A stretch of DNA of 64,000 bases from Octopus vulgaris (lineage: Eukaryota), in the NCBI GenBank assembly GCA_951406725.2, contig OX597828.1:1984001-2048000 (forward strand). The letters are read 5' to 3'. Each line of letters starts with the position of its first letter. Positions within the stretch are counted from its first letter, which is position 1. The position numbers were made by a program, and so were the translations under genes. The notes under the pieces were generated by a model, which made no database searches, was not told where the DNA came from, and worked only from the letters and a program-made list of their open reading frames with translations. This document shows, piece after piece, positions 26,908 to 39,713 of the stretch.

Positions 26908-28901
26908 TATATGTTCGTGTGTGTGTGTATATATATATATATATGGAGATGTTGGTAAGATGTTCAGTGTTGATATCCAACAATAAAATCATCTCCCTGT
27001 TGTAAAAAAAAACACCATTTAGAATCCTTTGAGGTATCAAAATTTGTTAATGAAAAAGACAAGATAAATGGCTGAAAGTATTTTCTTTAGATCATAAGTT
27101 TCAATGTATGTAAAATATTTCGGCATTCTTACACGAAAGGATAACTCTGCCTTGTTTGTGGAATGAAATTCCTTTATGTTATAAAAGATTTTACTATACA
27201 GCCTATAAGTATTCTGACCAGTTGCTTAATGTATCCCTGATCTTTGTCGACAATTATCTGATCATCCCTTTTGAATTTTCTCTTTGACCTAAATGCATTT
27301 TCCCCTATTGAACTTTCTAATATTGTTTGTATATTTATGGGGTTTTGTATATAATCTTTAACTTAATTTACAAATGTTAATAGTATTCTAAATATATAAT
27401 TGGAATATACACCTTAATATTTTATTAATTTATAATATCCACCCGATTGAATTATCAGAAGTTTGCATATTTCTCTTTAGTTTATGTAGGTGTAGAACTC
27501 ATGAATCTAAAATATGTTGTTGCCCTGCATCAAACGAGCTAATAGAAATTTGAATATCTGCACTTTACAAACTACATTTCACATCTACAATAAACATAAT
27601 GTCTAAAGTATTTGGAGTTAGATTTTCAAATCAAGCATTAAATAATAACGATGTTATTAAATAATAACGATGTTGAGAAACGCTGTTATAGATTATGCCT
27701 AACCGAAAACGATCACAGCCACATCATCCAAACAGACTAAGTAGCAAGGCTACACAGCTGAAGGAGAAATAATAAAAATGTCTAATATTTTTGCTTTTTT
27801 AAATAGCGGCAAAGATAAAGATTTATTCAATCAGCTATGTAGAATAGTAATTTAGAAAAAAATTCTATTCATTTAGCTTCATATGTATTTAAAACATATA
27901 TCTATGTCGGTGTGTGCATAATAACCCAGAAAATAATGTAACTAATTACTAAATCGCAATTATATGATATTCTAAATCGTAATTGCACGATATATTTAAA
28001 ATAATTTGCTTCTTATCAGTGAGATATTGAGACCAAGAAATACATGTTTGTAAAGCAATTTTATACAACTGTCAAATATTTTCAGCGATAAGATTCATGT
28101 TTTAAATAATATCATTATTCATAAAAAATAGTCTCAGTATGATAAATTAATTGGTAAGTAAATATTTGTACTAGTTATTAATAATTCTGCAAAAATTATG
28201 TCTAGCAAAAAAGCTTCAATTTCTGTCACAAACTGTCTGTGGAAAAAAATCATAAATTGAAGAAACAAGGTTTGTGGTGAGATTCAAAATATGAGGAGAA
28301 AGTACAAACAGGATCCAGTATAGACTACAAAATAGTCTGTTAACAAGACTATTGCTACTTTTTTGCAGCTAAATAGTATTTCACACTCAATAAAAATTCA
28401 AAAATGTTTTTCTCGTGTAGATAATAGTTAAATGATTATTTGGATATCCAACGTATTTTAGTGGTTTTTACTTTCATGAGTCTATAATTTTGTGGCTGAT
28501 AAAGTTAACTTTTCTTAGATAAATAAAAATTCTCCTTCATGCATTTGGTACTCTTGTGATTATACGTTACAGAAAAACGAGTTTTTTGATAACCAATTTA
28601 AGTGAATTCTCATTCAAGAATGGTAAGCGTTTATATAAATATGTATATATGAGTGTTTATAAGTGCGTATATGTGTGCCTGTGTGTGAGCGCGCGTACCT
28701 GACGCATGCGTATGCACGTACGCATATGTCTAACGTATCTGTGCATGTATATATGGATGCGTACTGGACTTCCTTTCCATTTAATTTGCGCGGTTTGCAG
28801 TTTTAATAAAAGCATATTATCTACTTTCGGAATTCTAGTATTATATTTTCCACCTTGTTTTGCACATAAGTGCATATTCGCGCGCGCGAGCGAATATATA
28901 T

Positions 28902-28937
<36 letters not shown>

Positions 28938-29129
28938 GCATAAATGTTATTTTGTTAAGGTTATTATTACAGATATTCTAAAGAAATTATAACCAGCGCC
29001 GATTTTCTTGCTACAGCGTTTCGTATCGAGACGTCAGATGTAAATAAACAATGAGATCAACGACAAAAATAATGGGTAATGAGCGTATACGCCATATTCT
29101 GGATCTGGTATGTAAATATTAAGCACTTG

Positions 29130-29412
29130 TAGGTAAGTGCTATTTCGTTATGCAACCATAATATACTATAAAGTATATTAAATGGTTTTAAATGTGAAAT
29201 CTCGTTGTTTGTTTACAACTGATGTCTTGATACAGAACGTTCTAGCAAGAAATCAGTGCTGGCTGAAATTTCTAGAGACTATCTGTAGAAATGACCTTAA
29301 CAAAATAATGTAAAACGCACTTCTAACGCAGTAGAGCGTGGTGTTGACTTATAAAACCATTTACTATACTTTATAGTATATTATGGTTGCATAACGAAAT
29401 ACCACGTACCTA
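29130..29412. mobile_element. MITE-like fold-back element with ~60-bp arms
   Basis: TATTTCGTTATGCAACCATAATATACTATAAAGTATA (29141-29177) is the exact reverse complement of 29365-29401. The arms extend imperfectly on both sides. Confidence 0.75.
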
Positions 29413-29599
29413 GAAGTCACTAGCATATAAACGGTAAAAGTTAAAATGGTGAAGTGTATTGTATATATATATATATAATTCCACATATCAAAACACAACT
29501 CTTCAATACTACTAAATGAATATACTGAAGCACTAGCTACATGCAAACACCGCTTTCTTCATACCTTCAAATTTTACGACAGATCTGAATGTAATCTAA

Positions 29600-30140
29600 A
29601 TCACCACATAGTACATATAGCGAGAATGGACAGGTGATAGGTGAGAGAGAGTGGAATACGGTTGGTGGAAGTGCATGAAGACGTTAGGAGAGTTGCGGTG
29701 CGGTTGATGGTTCGGGCTCGGTGGAGTGCCGGACCGACAGCTGATGGAGGACAGCCTCGATTCAGAAAAATCTGTCACATCGTTTTGCAATGAGATTCAA
29801 AATCCTAGTCGATGCTGCAAAGTCATCGAAGGCGAAGAAATTTAGAGAAAGGTATGGCAGATTTAATGTGTTTGGGGTGAGAGAAGAGTAGTGAAGGTAG
29901 TAGTGAGAGTCAGCAGGTTTATAGTAGACAGAGGTGGAGTGGTGAGTATTGTGTATTTTGATGGAGATGTTCAAAAAGCAAGCAAAAGTATCAGATATGG
30001 TGTGGTTGAATTCCAAGGCTGGCTGAAAGGTGTTAACGAAAGAAATCGTTTATCTGTTGTCTGTTAAGACTTGTGGCACAAATATAGTCGTCAATGTAAC
30101 GACCATACAGCTCTGGGATGGGTCCAGCGAAGTGAGTAAC
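29600..30140 (-). pseudogene. Penelope-like reverse transcriptase fragment
   Basis: Minus strand YGRYIDDYI (~30081-30107), EFNHTISDTFACFLNISI, TSVYYKPADSHYYLHYSS, HPKHIKSAIPFSKFLRLR*LCS: PLE RT domains 5-7 and thumb. Confidence 0.85.
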
Positions 30141-30144
30141 GATT

Positions 30145-30402
30145 TTTACCCTTTTTAATCCGCCTTCCACCCCTCTCTGCAAGATTCCCGTATTTACTTA
30201 TCTCTTCTCTCTCCATCACTCTTTTCCTCCCCCTTTCTTCACTCCTTCTCCTATAACTTCTGTTTCATGTTAGCAGCCCGCGTTAGCCTGTGTCCATTAT
30301 CAGTTGCAGTCAGGTCTTCAAGCTGAGAGGGTGTAAACTCTATTTGTCTTTCTTCAACCTCTATTTTTCTCTCTTCCCTGACGAAGGATTACATACGAAA
30401 CG

Positions 30403-30473
<71 letters not shown>

Positions 30474-30652
30474 CATGCATATATATATATACATAAATAG
30501 ACATGCATACATATATAGATGCATACATACATATTTATATTAAAAGCACATACCTAACTACTCTTCTATCATATATATGCGTCCAATAATACTATATTTG
30601 TGCCACGTCCTCGCGTTGTTGTGTTTTTTTGTGCTTTCTTGTTTGGATTAAC
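30145..30652 (+). mobile_element. Penelope pLTR-like tail inverted relative to the RT, with a hammerhead relic at 30378-30405
   Basis: CT-rich tract, then CTGACGA-AGGATTACATAC-GAAACGTTA. Terminus CCACGTCCTCGCGTTGTTGTG...TGTTTGGATTAAC(TA)n is shared with 36288-36336. Confidence 0.7.
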
Positions 30653-30727
<75 letters not shown>

Positions 30728-31302
30728 GAAGAGTAATTAGGAATGTGCCTTTAATTAGTCCGCTAGCAATTAACACCTTACTTGAATGTTATGCCCCTAT
30801 TTAGCAAAGATAATACTAAGACAATTGTGCCCCCTTCTAATAGTAGTAATAATACTGATATACTCAATGAAACAGTAGGGGCCTTGATAAATGCCCTTTC
30901 AATAACCTATGTTTTAGAACCACTTTAGGATATAATTAATAAGTTAAGACACGAAATAAAATATATTATTGGTGCTAATATATGCAAATTTAAATTTAGA
31001 ATAAATAATCACATATTGTTTTAAGAATAAAAGAAAAGCATTGGACTTCTTGCTCTTCTGTCATAAACACAGGAGTTTTAACAGCCAAATAATATAGAGA
31101 TCGAAATCCTGATTTCCTCCACGCTAGTTAAACTCAGTAGAACGTTTTAGAGACAGCGAAAAACCGTTGGAAGCAAAGAAAATATACATATGTATATATG
31201 CGAATGCTTGTGCGCACACACACATTCACACACACACACACACATATACACATATTAACACGTACACGCATGCAAGTAATGAACGCGCCCGCACACACAC
31301 AC

Positions 31303-31334
<32 letters not shown>

Positions 31335-34287
31335 CATATATACGGTTGGTTTCTACAATATCTTTCTTCCAAAATTCAAACACAATGTCAACTCGCGGCT
31401 ATAGTAGAAGGAAAGGAGATCAGCCCAGTATACTGGGGAGTGAGATCTAATCAAGAACCACAACAACCAAACACATTCTGAACACAGTGATGCCTGTCCA
31501 TTCATCAGAAAGTAGACGGGTGAAATTAGTACTGTATATTGCCTCAAAGTTAATGAAATGGGATGGTTTCAGGTATTTTCTTTTTTTCGTGGGTATGATA
31601 GATTTAAGGAATGGAAATTATTCTTCCATGCAATCTATATGCACAATAATATTTTCGGCTAATTGCAATTTTCTTTTCTGGTTATATTAAAGAAACCATT
31701 TAATGATTTACACAAACCTTTATACTAGATAAATAGAATTTGTCGAGCTACAAATTTTATACAGGCTTTTATTTTCATTTATTGTTGTGAAAGATCCAGT
31801 GTGTATTTGTACAATTTGCTTTCGAAATTCAAATATAAGTTATCTTGGTTTTACTATGTCAGTTATGTTCTAGTAACAGGAACGACTGAACGATGGGGGA
31901 TCACTTCAGCCTCTCTGATGATTTTTATGAAAGTGTATAGTAGATTGTTTTTATGAAGTTATGTCGCAGAAACGTCTTGTAGAAGATTTGGGATTAATAG
32001 AGAATAAAAGTAGATATCAAATTCTTGATTATCAATTCTTCAAGCTGTCTCCATTTATTTAAAAATGTTTTTGGCTCTTAATAATCCGTTTAAATTTGGT
32101 CCTTGGATATATATGGAGGAATTAATGCTTGGTATCCACAGTAATAATACTATATGTATCAGGGAAACTACATTCCTTCTGGATTCGACAAGTCGTAATC
32201 AGATTCAGGCGCGAATGGTTTGTTTCCTGTTAATTTTCTTCAAATAACGAACATATATATTGCTATACAATCAAAAGTTGGAGGTTGTTTGTAATCTGGC
32301 TTTGTGACCGATTTCCTTCAGGATACCATTTTGAAAGGCACATCTATGTCACGATTGATTCTTTCTCACTAAGCGTCTAGCTTTTACCTATATGTATATT
32401 AAAAGGAACTGAAAACTGATCATATGGCCTTGTTCAGGTACGTTATTACAAGTATTATACTTGGCATGTTTTTATAATGATAATGAAATAGATGAACTTA
32501 TTCAATTAATATGCTATGTCTATACATAAGTTGTTCAGTCCATAATGTGCTAAATCTTTAGCCAATATGTAATTATGTTATTTATGTTGTAAATGATGAG
32601 CTAATGAATTCAACGATACAGTCTTTCAGTTATTAAAAGTTGATAGAACTGACTTCTGTAACAAACAGTCCTAAAATAAGAGTGATAAGTGGGCAGTTAT
32701 CTTGCTGTTCAAATTCTACCTTGGTTATAGTTTTAGAAAATATGTTATTTACTGCAATAATTTCCCCGCGAAATTTTGCGGCAAAAATTTTGATTGAAGT
32801 CTTGATACAATGAGTTAGGAGACCCCTAACTACCCTCTTGCAACAGGACAGGAACCGGGCACTGTTAGTGAATGTCCCAAAGATTATTAAAGCATATGAA
32901 ACAATGTAAGAAACCAGAGCTCCAAACCAAGTTTGACAAAATTTTAGCCATCTTTATTTGAATTTAATGCTTATACTTAAACATAATGCATTAGATTTTT
33001 AAAGAGAAATGCTGACGTTTATTCCCTTATCAGCTTAGTTCTCTGCTCACACTATCTACTAAACGACGAACGTAGAATATCTTAAACTACATTCTACTGG
33101 AATTTTCCATGTATAGATATTAGTTTCTAAAACAAGTGAAATGTAAATACATTTCCCCAAAATGTAAAAATGTGAAGTTTAAAAACAAATTGCTTGAACT
33201 TATGGTTTGCTCTTTACTGATTTTATTGTTCAGGAATATTAAAATGATTTTATAGTAAACAAATTTTAGAAAATTGTTTTGAAGTTAAAATTCCTTCCGT
33301 CAGTCTTACGGAATCACAAGAACAGTCATTATTATAGAATATCACGTTACAGCCAAGAAATCGTTTGGCTACGAGAAGAAATATTAGCGAAAAGCAGTGT
33401 GTGTGTGATTTTCCACTGTCACTTTCTCTTACTCGAAGTGTCTCTGAATGCAAGAAAGTAGCTTTGCGTGTACATCTGGGACTAATCAGCTATTTAGTTT
33501 GGGTGTTGCATTCCGATGAGGGATACTTCTTAACATTATAGAATATCTTCGTTCCTCTCTTCATCATTTCTCTCTTTAAACAGTATTTTTATTAGGCATC
33601 TATGACCGAATTAGAAACTCGGTGATATTCAGCACATCAAGAGCTAGAAGTACTTTAAATCCTAGTAACCTAATTCTTCAGCGTGACACTTATTTTGCAG
33701 ACAGCTTAATGTGTACAACTGTAATGATGAATCTGTAACTCGGTTTCGATTTTCGCTTGTATTCATTTAACTTCATTTATGCTGAAAAAAGTTAAGACTA
33801 ATGGAAATTCGTAAACTAACCCAATTACAAACACAAAAAGATTAAAGTTGTATACGAGAGAAACTGTACAACTATGTTGAAATTCTTTGATAACAATTTT
33901 ATCATTTCTAACATAAGTTCAAGGTTATAAACTGGATAGCTGATCAGGTCAACTCCCGTAATAGTGTTGTTCAAGATTTTATTAAGTTCGGGAGGGCAAC
34001 AAGTTTTGAAATCAGACCGTAAATCTCTGGATACTGCGAGGTATTTCTTCCAGATCTTTATGTTGAAATCCTGGAGTCTGCTTATCTAAAACCCTTACCA
34101 AATCAACTAATGCACTGAGATAAAATATATCAAATCTTAGGTATTATTGTGCTAAACTTCTTACCGCAAATTTGTAGTGCTAAAAAGACACCACCATAAG
34201 TAAACTCCATCTTCAATCCCTCACGCACTCACATACACACGTGTGTATGTGTGTGGTGTGTGTGTGTGTATGTATGTGTGTGTGTGT

Positions 34288-34326
<39 letters not shown>

Positions 34327-34539
34327 TGTTTGTATGGAGTGAGAGAGGGAGAAATTCAAATTGCATGGTTTGTAACCAATATTTAAAACTGCATGCTAGA
34401 CTTTACAAATTGGAAGAGAAATCTGCGGTGAGAACTCGTGTATCATTATCCAATTTCGTTTCACAGGTCCCCATATTTCGTAAGATGAGAGAATAGAATC
34501 AGAAAACGCAAAACTGGAAATTTTGTCATTTACCATTTA

Positions 34540-34760
34540 TCTCTTACTTGTTTCAGTCAGTAGACTGAAGCCATACTGGAGCACCGTCTTGAAGAATTTT
34601 AGTCTAACGATGTTTAAGTACAGTTCTCATTCAATCGGTCACTTTAGCCAAAAATTTTAAGCTATGGGCACGCAAACCCATCAACCAAAACCGGTTGCCA
34701 TGTAATTCATGGAGTACGTACAAACACAAAGACACACACACACACACACACACACAAATA
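34540..34760 (-). mobile_element. SINE 3' half (OR-like)
   Basis: TTACTTGTTTCAGTCAGTAGACTGAAGCCATACTGGAGCACCG matches the tail of 12468-12862. Confidence 0.75.
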
Positions 34761-34770
34761 TATATATATA

Positions 34771-35277
34771 TACGAATGTGAGTCAAAAAGTAATACCATT
34801 TTGTTTAGCAGAGGTATAATTACCAACACAGGAACATGTTTCATGCATCAAAATGAAGCTCGTCTTCTGTGGATCACATCCCTACTTCTCAACATAATCA
34901 CCATTTCTCTCAATAGCAATGTTCCACTTTCGAATGAGAGCATGTATCCCTGCCCCATAAAATTCTGCTGACTGCTGACTGAGCCACTTCTTCAATACAG
35001 TTTTCATTTCCTCGTCACTGGAATAATGTTTACTTCTCAAACCCTCTTTCATGGGGCCGAAGAGATGATAGTTCAGTGACGAGGAAGTGAAAACTGTAGC
35101 GAAGAAGTGGCTCAAAGAACAGTTAACTGAATTTTACGGGGCAGGAATACATGCTCTCATTCGAAGGTGGAACATTGCTATTGAGAGAAACGGTAACAGA
35201 GGACCAGCTTCATTTTGATGTATGATATATGTTTCTGTGTTGGTAATTATACCTGTCCGAAACAAAATGGAATTACG
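34771..35277. mobile_element. Mariner-derived fold-back element made of two 3' halves
   Basis: Left arm (minus) encodes YHLFGPMKEGLRSKHYSSDEEMKTVLKKWL..EFYGAGIHALIRKWNIAIERNGDYVEK. Right arm (plus, from ~35072) repeats SDEEVKTVAKKWLKEQLTEFYGAGIHALIRRWNIAIERNG and the 3' UTR. TIR TACGAATGTGAGTCAAAAAGTAA. Confidence 0.85.
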
Positions 35278-35424
35278 AGAGTCAGTCAAAAAGTATATCC
35301 GCTATATCGGAGATCTGCAATGGTTCCATAACTACCATTTCGGCTAGTTATAGCCGAAGAACCCTAGTAATCCATTACACCACTTACCTAGCGTACCTAA
35401 TCGCTTAGATCACCTTTGAACTAA

Positions 35425-35885
35425 CCCCCCACGCACATACACATGTACACGCTCGCACACACGCACATGCATACACGCGCAAAAAAACGCACCTACACCC
35501 CCTACACAACCCCTCGTTCACACACACATGCACATGCACACATACAAAATACACACGCATACACACACATGTACATACACACATACACTCACACGCACAC
35601 ACGTGTATATACATAGGCACACGCATACACACACACGCACTCGCAAATGAACTCACACATACCTCCCATACACACACAGCACACAAACATACATACACGC
35701 ACACAATTATATATACACGTAAACACACACGCACATACATGCATACACGCACACATACACAGAGTAAAGTACAGTTACTTCCCACACACACAAACCCTAC
35801 GCATACACATATACCCACACGAACACACACATACATACATACACACACTACATATACATACACACACTACATATACATACACACA
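35425..35885. repeat. Degenerate (CA)n low-complexity tract
   Basis: Direct reading. Confidence 0.9.
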
Positions 35886-36204
35886 TACTTTAAACTACCA
35901 GTACCTTCTGCTGGTCATTCTCCTACGCACAACAGGCAGCCACTCCTACCAAAATTCTTACTGTAAATTCTTTCCTATGACCTTAGACGATACGAAGCCC
36001 AACCACACACACACACACACACACACATGCTATCATTACACATACACACAGACCTGCATGCACACACATACCTCCTTCTCTTGCACTCTCCTGTCTTTCA
36101 AAGAACTTTTTCTTCACCCATTCCCTTCCGGTCATGTGTATCCGTGAGTATCGTTGGTGATTTTGTTTCTCTGTCTTCCCTTCCTTGGACTTTTCTTTTT
36201 TGTA

Positions 36205-36243
36205 TGTTTCTGATGAAGAGCTCCGCTCGAAACGTTAGAAGCT
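36205..36243 (+). ncRNA. Minimal hammerhead ribozyme motif in a Penelope pLTR-like repeat (~36070-36340)
   Basis: UUU-CUGAUGA-A-GAGC-UCC-GCUC-GAAACG-UUA-GAA. Palindromic stem III AACGUU as in dimerising PLE hammerheads. Confidence 0.75.
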
Positions 36244-36354
36244 CCTTTCTTTCCTTTGCTGAGCGTCCAATAACACTATACTTGTTCCACGCCCTCGCGT
36301 TGCTGTGTTTTCTCTTTGTTCATGTTTGGATTAACAATATATATATATTTTATT

Positions 36355-36527
36355 TTTTTTTTTCTCTCCTTTTTTCTCTCCTTGTTTTTTTCTGTGTCCC
36401 TTTCTGTAGAAGAGCGTAGGCTCGAAACAGAAAATACTTTTACTATTCCTAAGTGTTATACTAATATATCTGCTTGTTTTGTACACCACCTGTCTTCGTC
36501 TTTTGTTTTTTTCGTGAACTCTCCCTA
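36355..36527 (+). mobile_element. Second pLTR-like repeat with a degenerate hammerhead (36404-36430)
   Basis: CTGTAGA-A-GAGC-GTAG-GCTC-GAAAC. Aligns with the minus-strand copy at 19487-19680 and ends in (TA)n. Confidence 0.7.
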
Positions 36528-36653
36528 TATATATATTAATAATAATAATATGACAACAAAAGAATGAATGAGACACACACACACTCATATATATATATAT
36601 ATATATATAAACACACACACACACACACACACACATATCTATCTATCTATCTA

Positions 36654-36705
<52 letters not shown>

Positions 36706-36709
<4 letters not shown>

Positions 36710-37652
36710 GTTATCCCATAAGTTCTGTCCGATTTTAACCTTTTTAAAATTGAATGAAATCTAATAATATTTTAGAATGTCTAATGGAATTAAAGATTAT
36801 TTTTATGGATTTGTGTACATTTAAACTAATTAAATACTATTTTACAGAATTATAGAATTAAAATTTCTTAAAACCCTTTCGAACATGGCAGTAATCAAAG
36901 AGTATTATGAGTACAAAAAAGGAAACTCTGCAGCCGAAGCGACTCGAAACATACACTCAGTTTATGGAAAAGAATGCTTGAATGAAAGAACTTGCAGAAG
37001 ATGGTTTTCAAAATTCAGAAGTGGAGATTTCAGTCTTGAAGATGAAGATCGAACAGGACATCCAGTTGAGTTTGATGATAAGCTCCTTGAAGCATTACTT
37101 GAAGAAAATCCTGCATTATCAGTAGAAGAATTGGCAATAAAGCTTAGTTCAAACCATACAACCGTTCATCATCATATTCAATAACTTGGAAAGGTTCCTA
37201 AACTTGGAAATGGGTGCGTCAGGAATTGTCCGAAAGCAACCGCAAATCCCGAGTTGACATCTCTCTTCTCTCCATTCTCGCAAACTTATTTCACCCTTTT
37301 TGGACAGACTTGCGACTGGTGACGAAAAATGGATCTTCTGTCGAAATGTTAAACGTCGTAAACAGTGGCTTGGTAAAAGGGAAAAAGCTCAACCACAACC
37401 TAGAAGGGAACTTCATGGGAAAATGCTCATTCTCTATCTGGTGGGATTGCAAAGCAGTAATTAACTTCGAATTGTTGCCACCTAATTCAACAACCAATGC
37501 TCAAGTCTAATGTCAGCAATTAGAGCGTTAAATAGATGGAAGTAAGTCATAGATAATCAGGGAAAGTACATCGATGATTTAATTTCAATTAAATATAACA
37601 TTTGATCACTTGTTTTCTTTATTCAAAATTCGGACAGAACTTATGGGATGAC

Positions 37653-37656
<4 letters not shown>
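36706..37656 (+). mobile_element. Mariner transposon, internally deleted, inserted in (TA)n
   Basis: TIRs TCAGGTTATCCCATAAGTTCTGTCCGA / TCGGACAGAACTTATGGGATGACCTGA. HTH ORF 36885-37184, plus TGDEKW and IWWD motifs. The C-terminal catalytic part is missing. Confidence 0.92.
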
Positions 37657-37705
<49 letters not shown>

Positions 37706-37957
37706 GTATATATATGTGTGTGTGTAAGAGGTGGAATATATTGTCCAGGCAAATAAGGAATTTCTCGCAGTAAAATTCCAAGGCTGGTTACTACAGGTGT
37801 TGCGTTTCTTTGGTAAACTTCCTTTAGCTCTCATCCGATGTTGCAGTTTATTTTTTCGGTTTCTTAGAGTGTAAAGTACAACGTTGATAATAAGGAGAAT
37901 GAAGAATTTGAACATTCCCACTTTGTATTTATTTCCAGTTAATTTATTCATAATAAT

Positions 37958-38050
37958 TGTCCGACGCCTGTTTCGAGCGCACTAACTGCGTTTTGTTGCA
38001 TATTTACATGCAGCGATTTTATACATTATAAGTACGATCTCTTCAGGGCA
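37958..38050 (-). ncRNA. Type-I hammerhead ribozyme with an extended stem II
   Basis: Minus strand UGCC-CUGAAGA-GAUCGUACU...[UGCAUGUAAAUAUGCA hairpin]...AGUGCGCUC-GAAAC-AGGC-GUC-GGACA. GUC triplet. Stem I is imperfect. Confidence 0.7.
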
Positions 38051-38228
38051 TATATGTATGACATTGTTCAAAGAGGAAATTTCCCCCGCTATTTAAGGCA
38101 GCCGAAGTTTCGAACTTTAATAACTATCAATAAATGTAATAAAATATGAAAATTATACATCCTTATAAATGCTTAGTATGCCTTCTTTTTGTATGAGTCT
38201 AAATAAATTCAGATTTATAAATTAGATA

Positions 38229-38799
38229 ATGGCTATAGAGCGAAATACAATCATATCTCTCCACAAAGTAGGTGGAAGCAATACAGCTATAGCAAAAAAT
38301 CATAAGATTAACGGAACAACATTCGATCAGACAGTAAACCACCAGAATCGCCGACTTTGGAGTGTATCTGGCACCGATGAGGGTAGTCTCGTAAATCGTC
38401 GTCAAAATCTACAGTCAGTTATGATTTGGGCAGCTGTGACAACCATTTGAAGGTCTCTCCAGATTTTTATGTCCACGGGTGTGAAAATTAACCCCTAAGG
38501 ATACAGTAACAACATTCTGGAAGGTGAACTGCTTCCAAATGCGAATGGACATTTTCACGGCGCAGCTTGGAGCCTCGAACAGGACTCGGTACCATTCCAC
38601 AGCTCCAAAAAGACACAACACTGGTTCCATAAAAGAACATTTCGTCGTTCATAGGCCCTTCGAAACAGAGGTGGTTATATCGGATAAATGTGGTAGTGTC
38701 GTAATTATGTTTCCTTTACCATTTCATATTCAATATTTTCAATATTTTGCTTTCGTAAAATTTAAAAACGCTTGTTGCCTTAATTTTGGGACAACCTGT
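38229..38799 (+). mobile_element. Tc1/mariner superfamily relic (maT/DD37D-like)
   Basis: RNTIISLHKVGGSNTAIAK, VNHQNRRLWS, RRQNLQSVMIWAAVT. 3' TIR-like TTTTGGGACAACCTG-TA. Confidence 0.7.
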
Positions 38800-38934
38800 A
38801 AGAATACACACACACACACACATATATATTATACATACATACATACATACATACATACATACATACATACATACATACAGACATACATACATACATACAT
38901 ACATACATAACTACAACACGAAGCGACAGTTATA

Positions 38935-39003
<69 letters not shown>

Positions 39004-39013
39004 AGCCGACGAG

Positions 39014-39052
39014 GATCGCTGAAGAGATGCTTTACGTCGAAATCGCGTGATC
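39014..39052 (+). ncRNA. Degenerate hammerhead motif
   Basis: GAUCG-CUGAAGA-GAUG-CUUUA-CGUC-GAAAUCGCG-UGAUC. Stems I and II pair but there is no NUH triplet. Confidence 0.5.
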
Positions 39053-39713
39053 TGGTTGTTCCACCACCCGCAGCAGACTGTTTTCGTCTGTTAGTGACAT
39101 ATTTGTGATTTTGTGCACTATGCATGCATGCATGTAAGTATTTATAAAATGTCAATTTATACACATCCAGCGTAACGTCGATGCCTTATTAGAACGCCGG
39201 ATACTACGGTATTCGACTTGAGTGGTCCACCCGTATGGACAAATATGTCACTAAAAACAGTCTGCTGTGGGTGGTGGAACTGCCGGATCACGCATTTTCG
39301 ACGTACCGCATCATACATACATGCATGCATTCAGACATACATACATATGTATCTACATACATACATACATACATACATACATACATACATACATACATAC
39401 ATACATACATACATACATACATCTGAAGATTAACAAGTTATTTAACAAGGCTGATTGTTGTGGCTTCAGAGTTAGAGATAGAATTCATCGTATTTTCGAT
39501 AAATAGTTTCCCACGTCAAATACGCAAACTGTCGCTTCGTGTTGTAGTTATGCATGTATGTATGTATGTATGTACACACGAGGTCACATTTTGAAAGACC
39601 GGTGTGTATCTACCAGTAAATAATTGTTGTTGTTTTTTTAAAAACCATTAAAGAAATTATTTACTCTTATTATATTACTAATATATATATATATATAAAT
39701 ATATATATATAAA

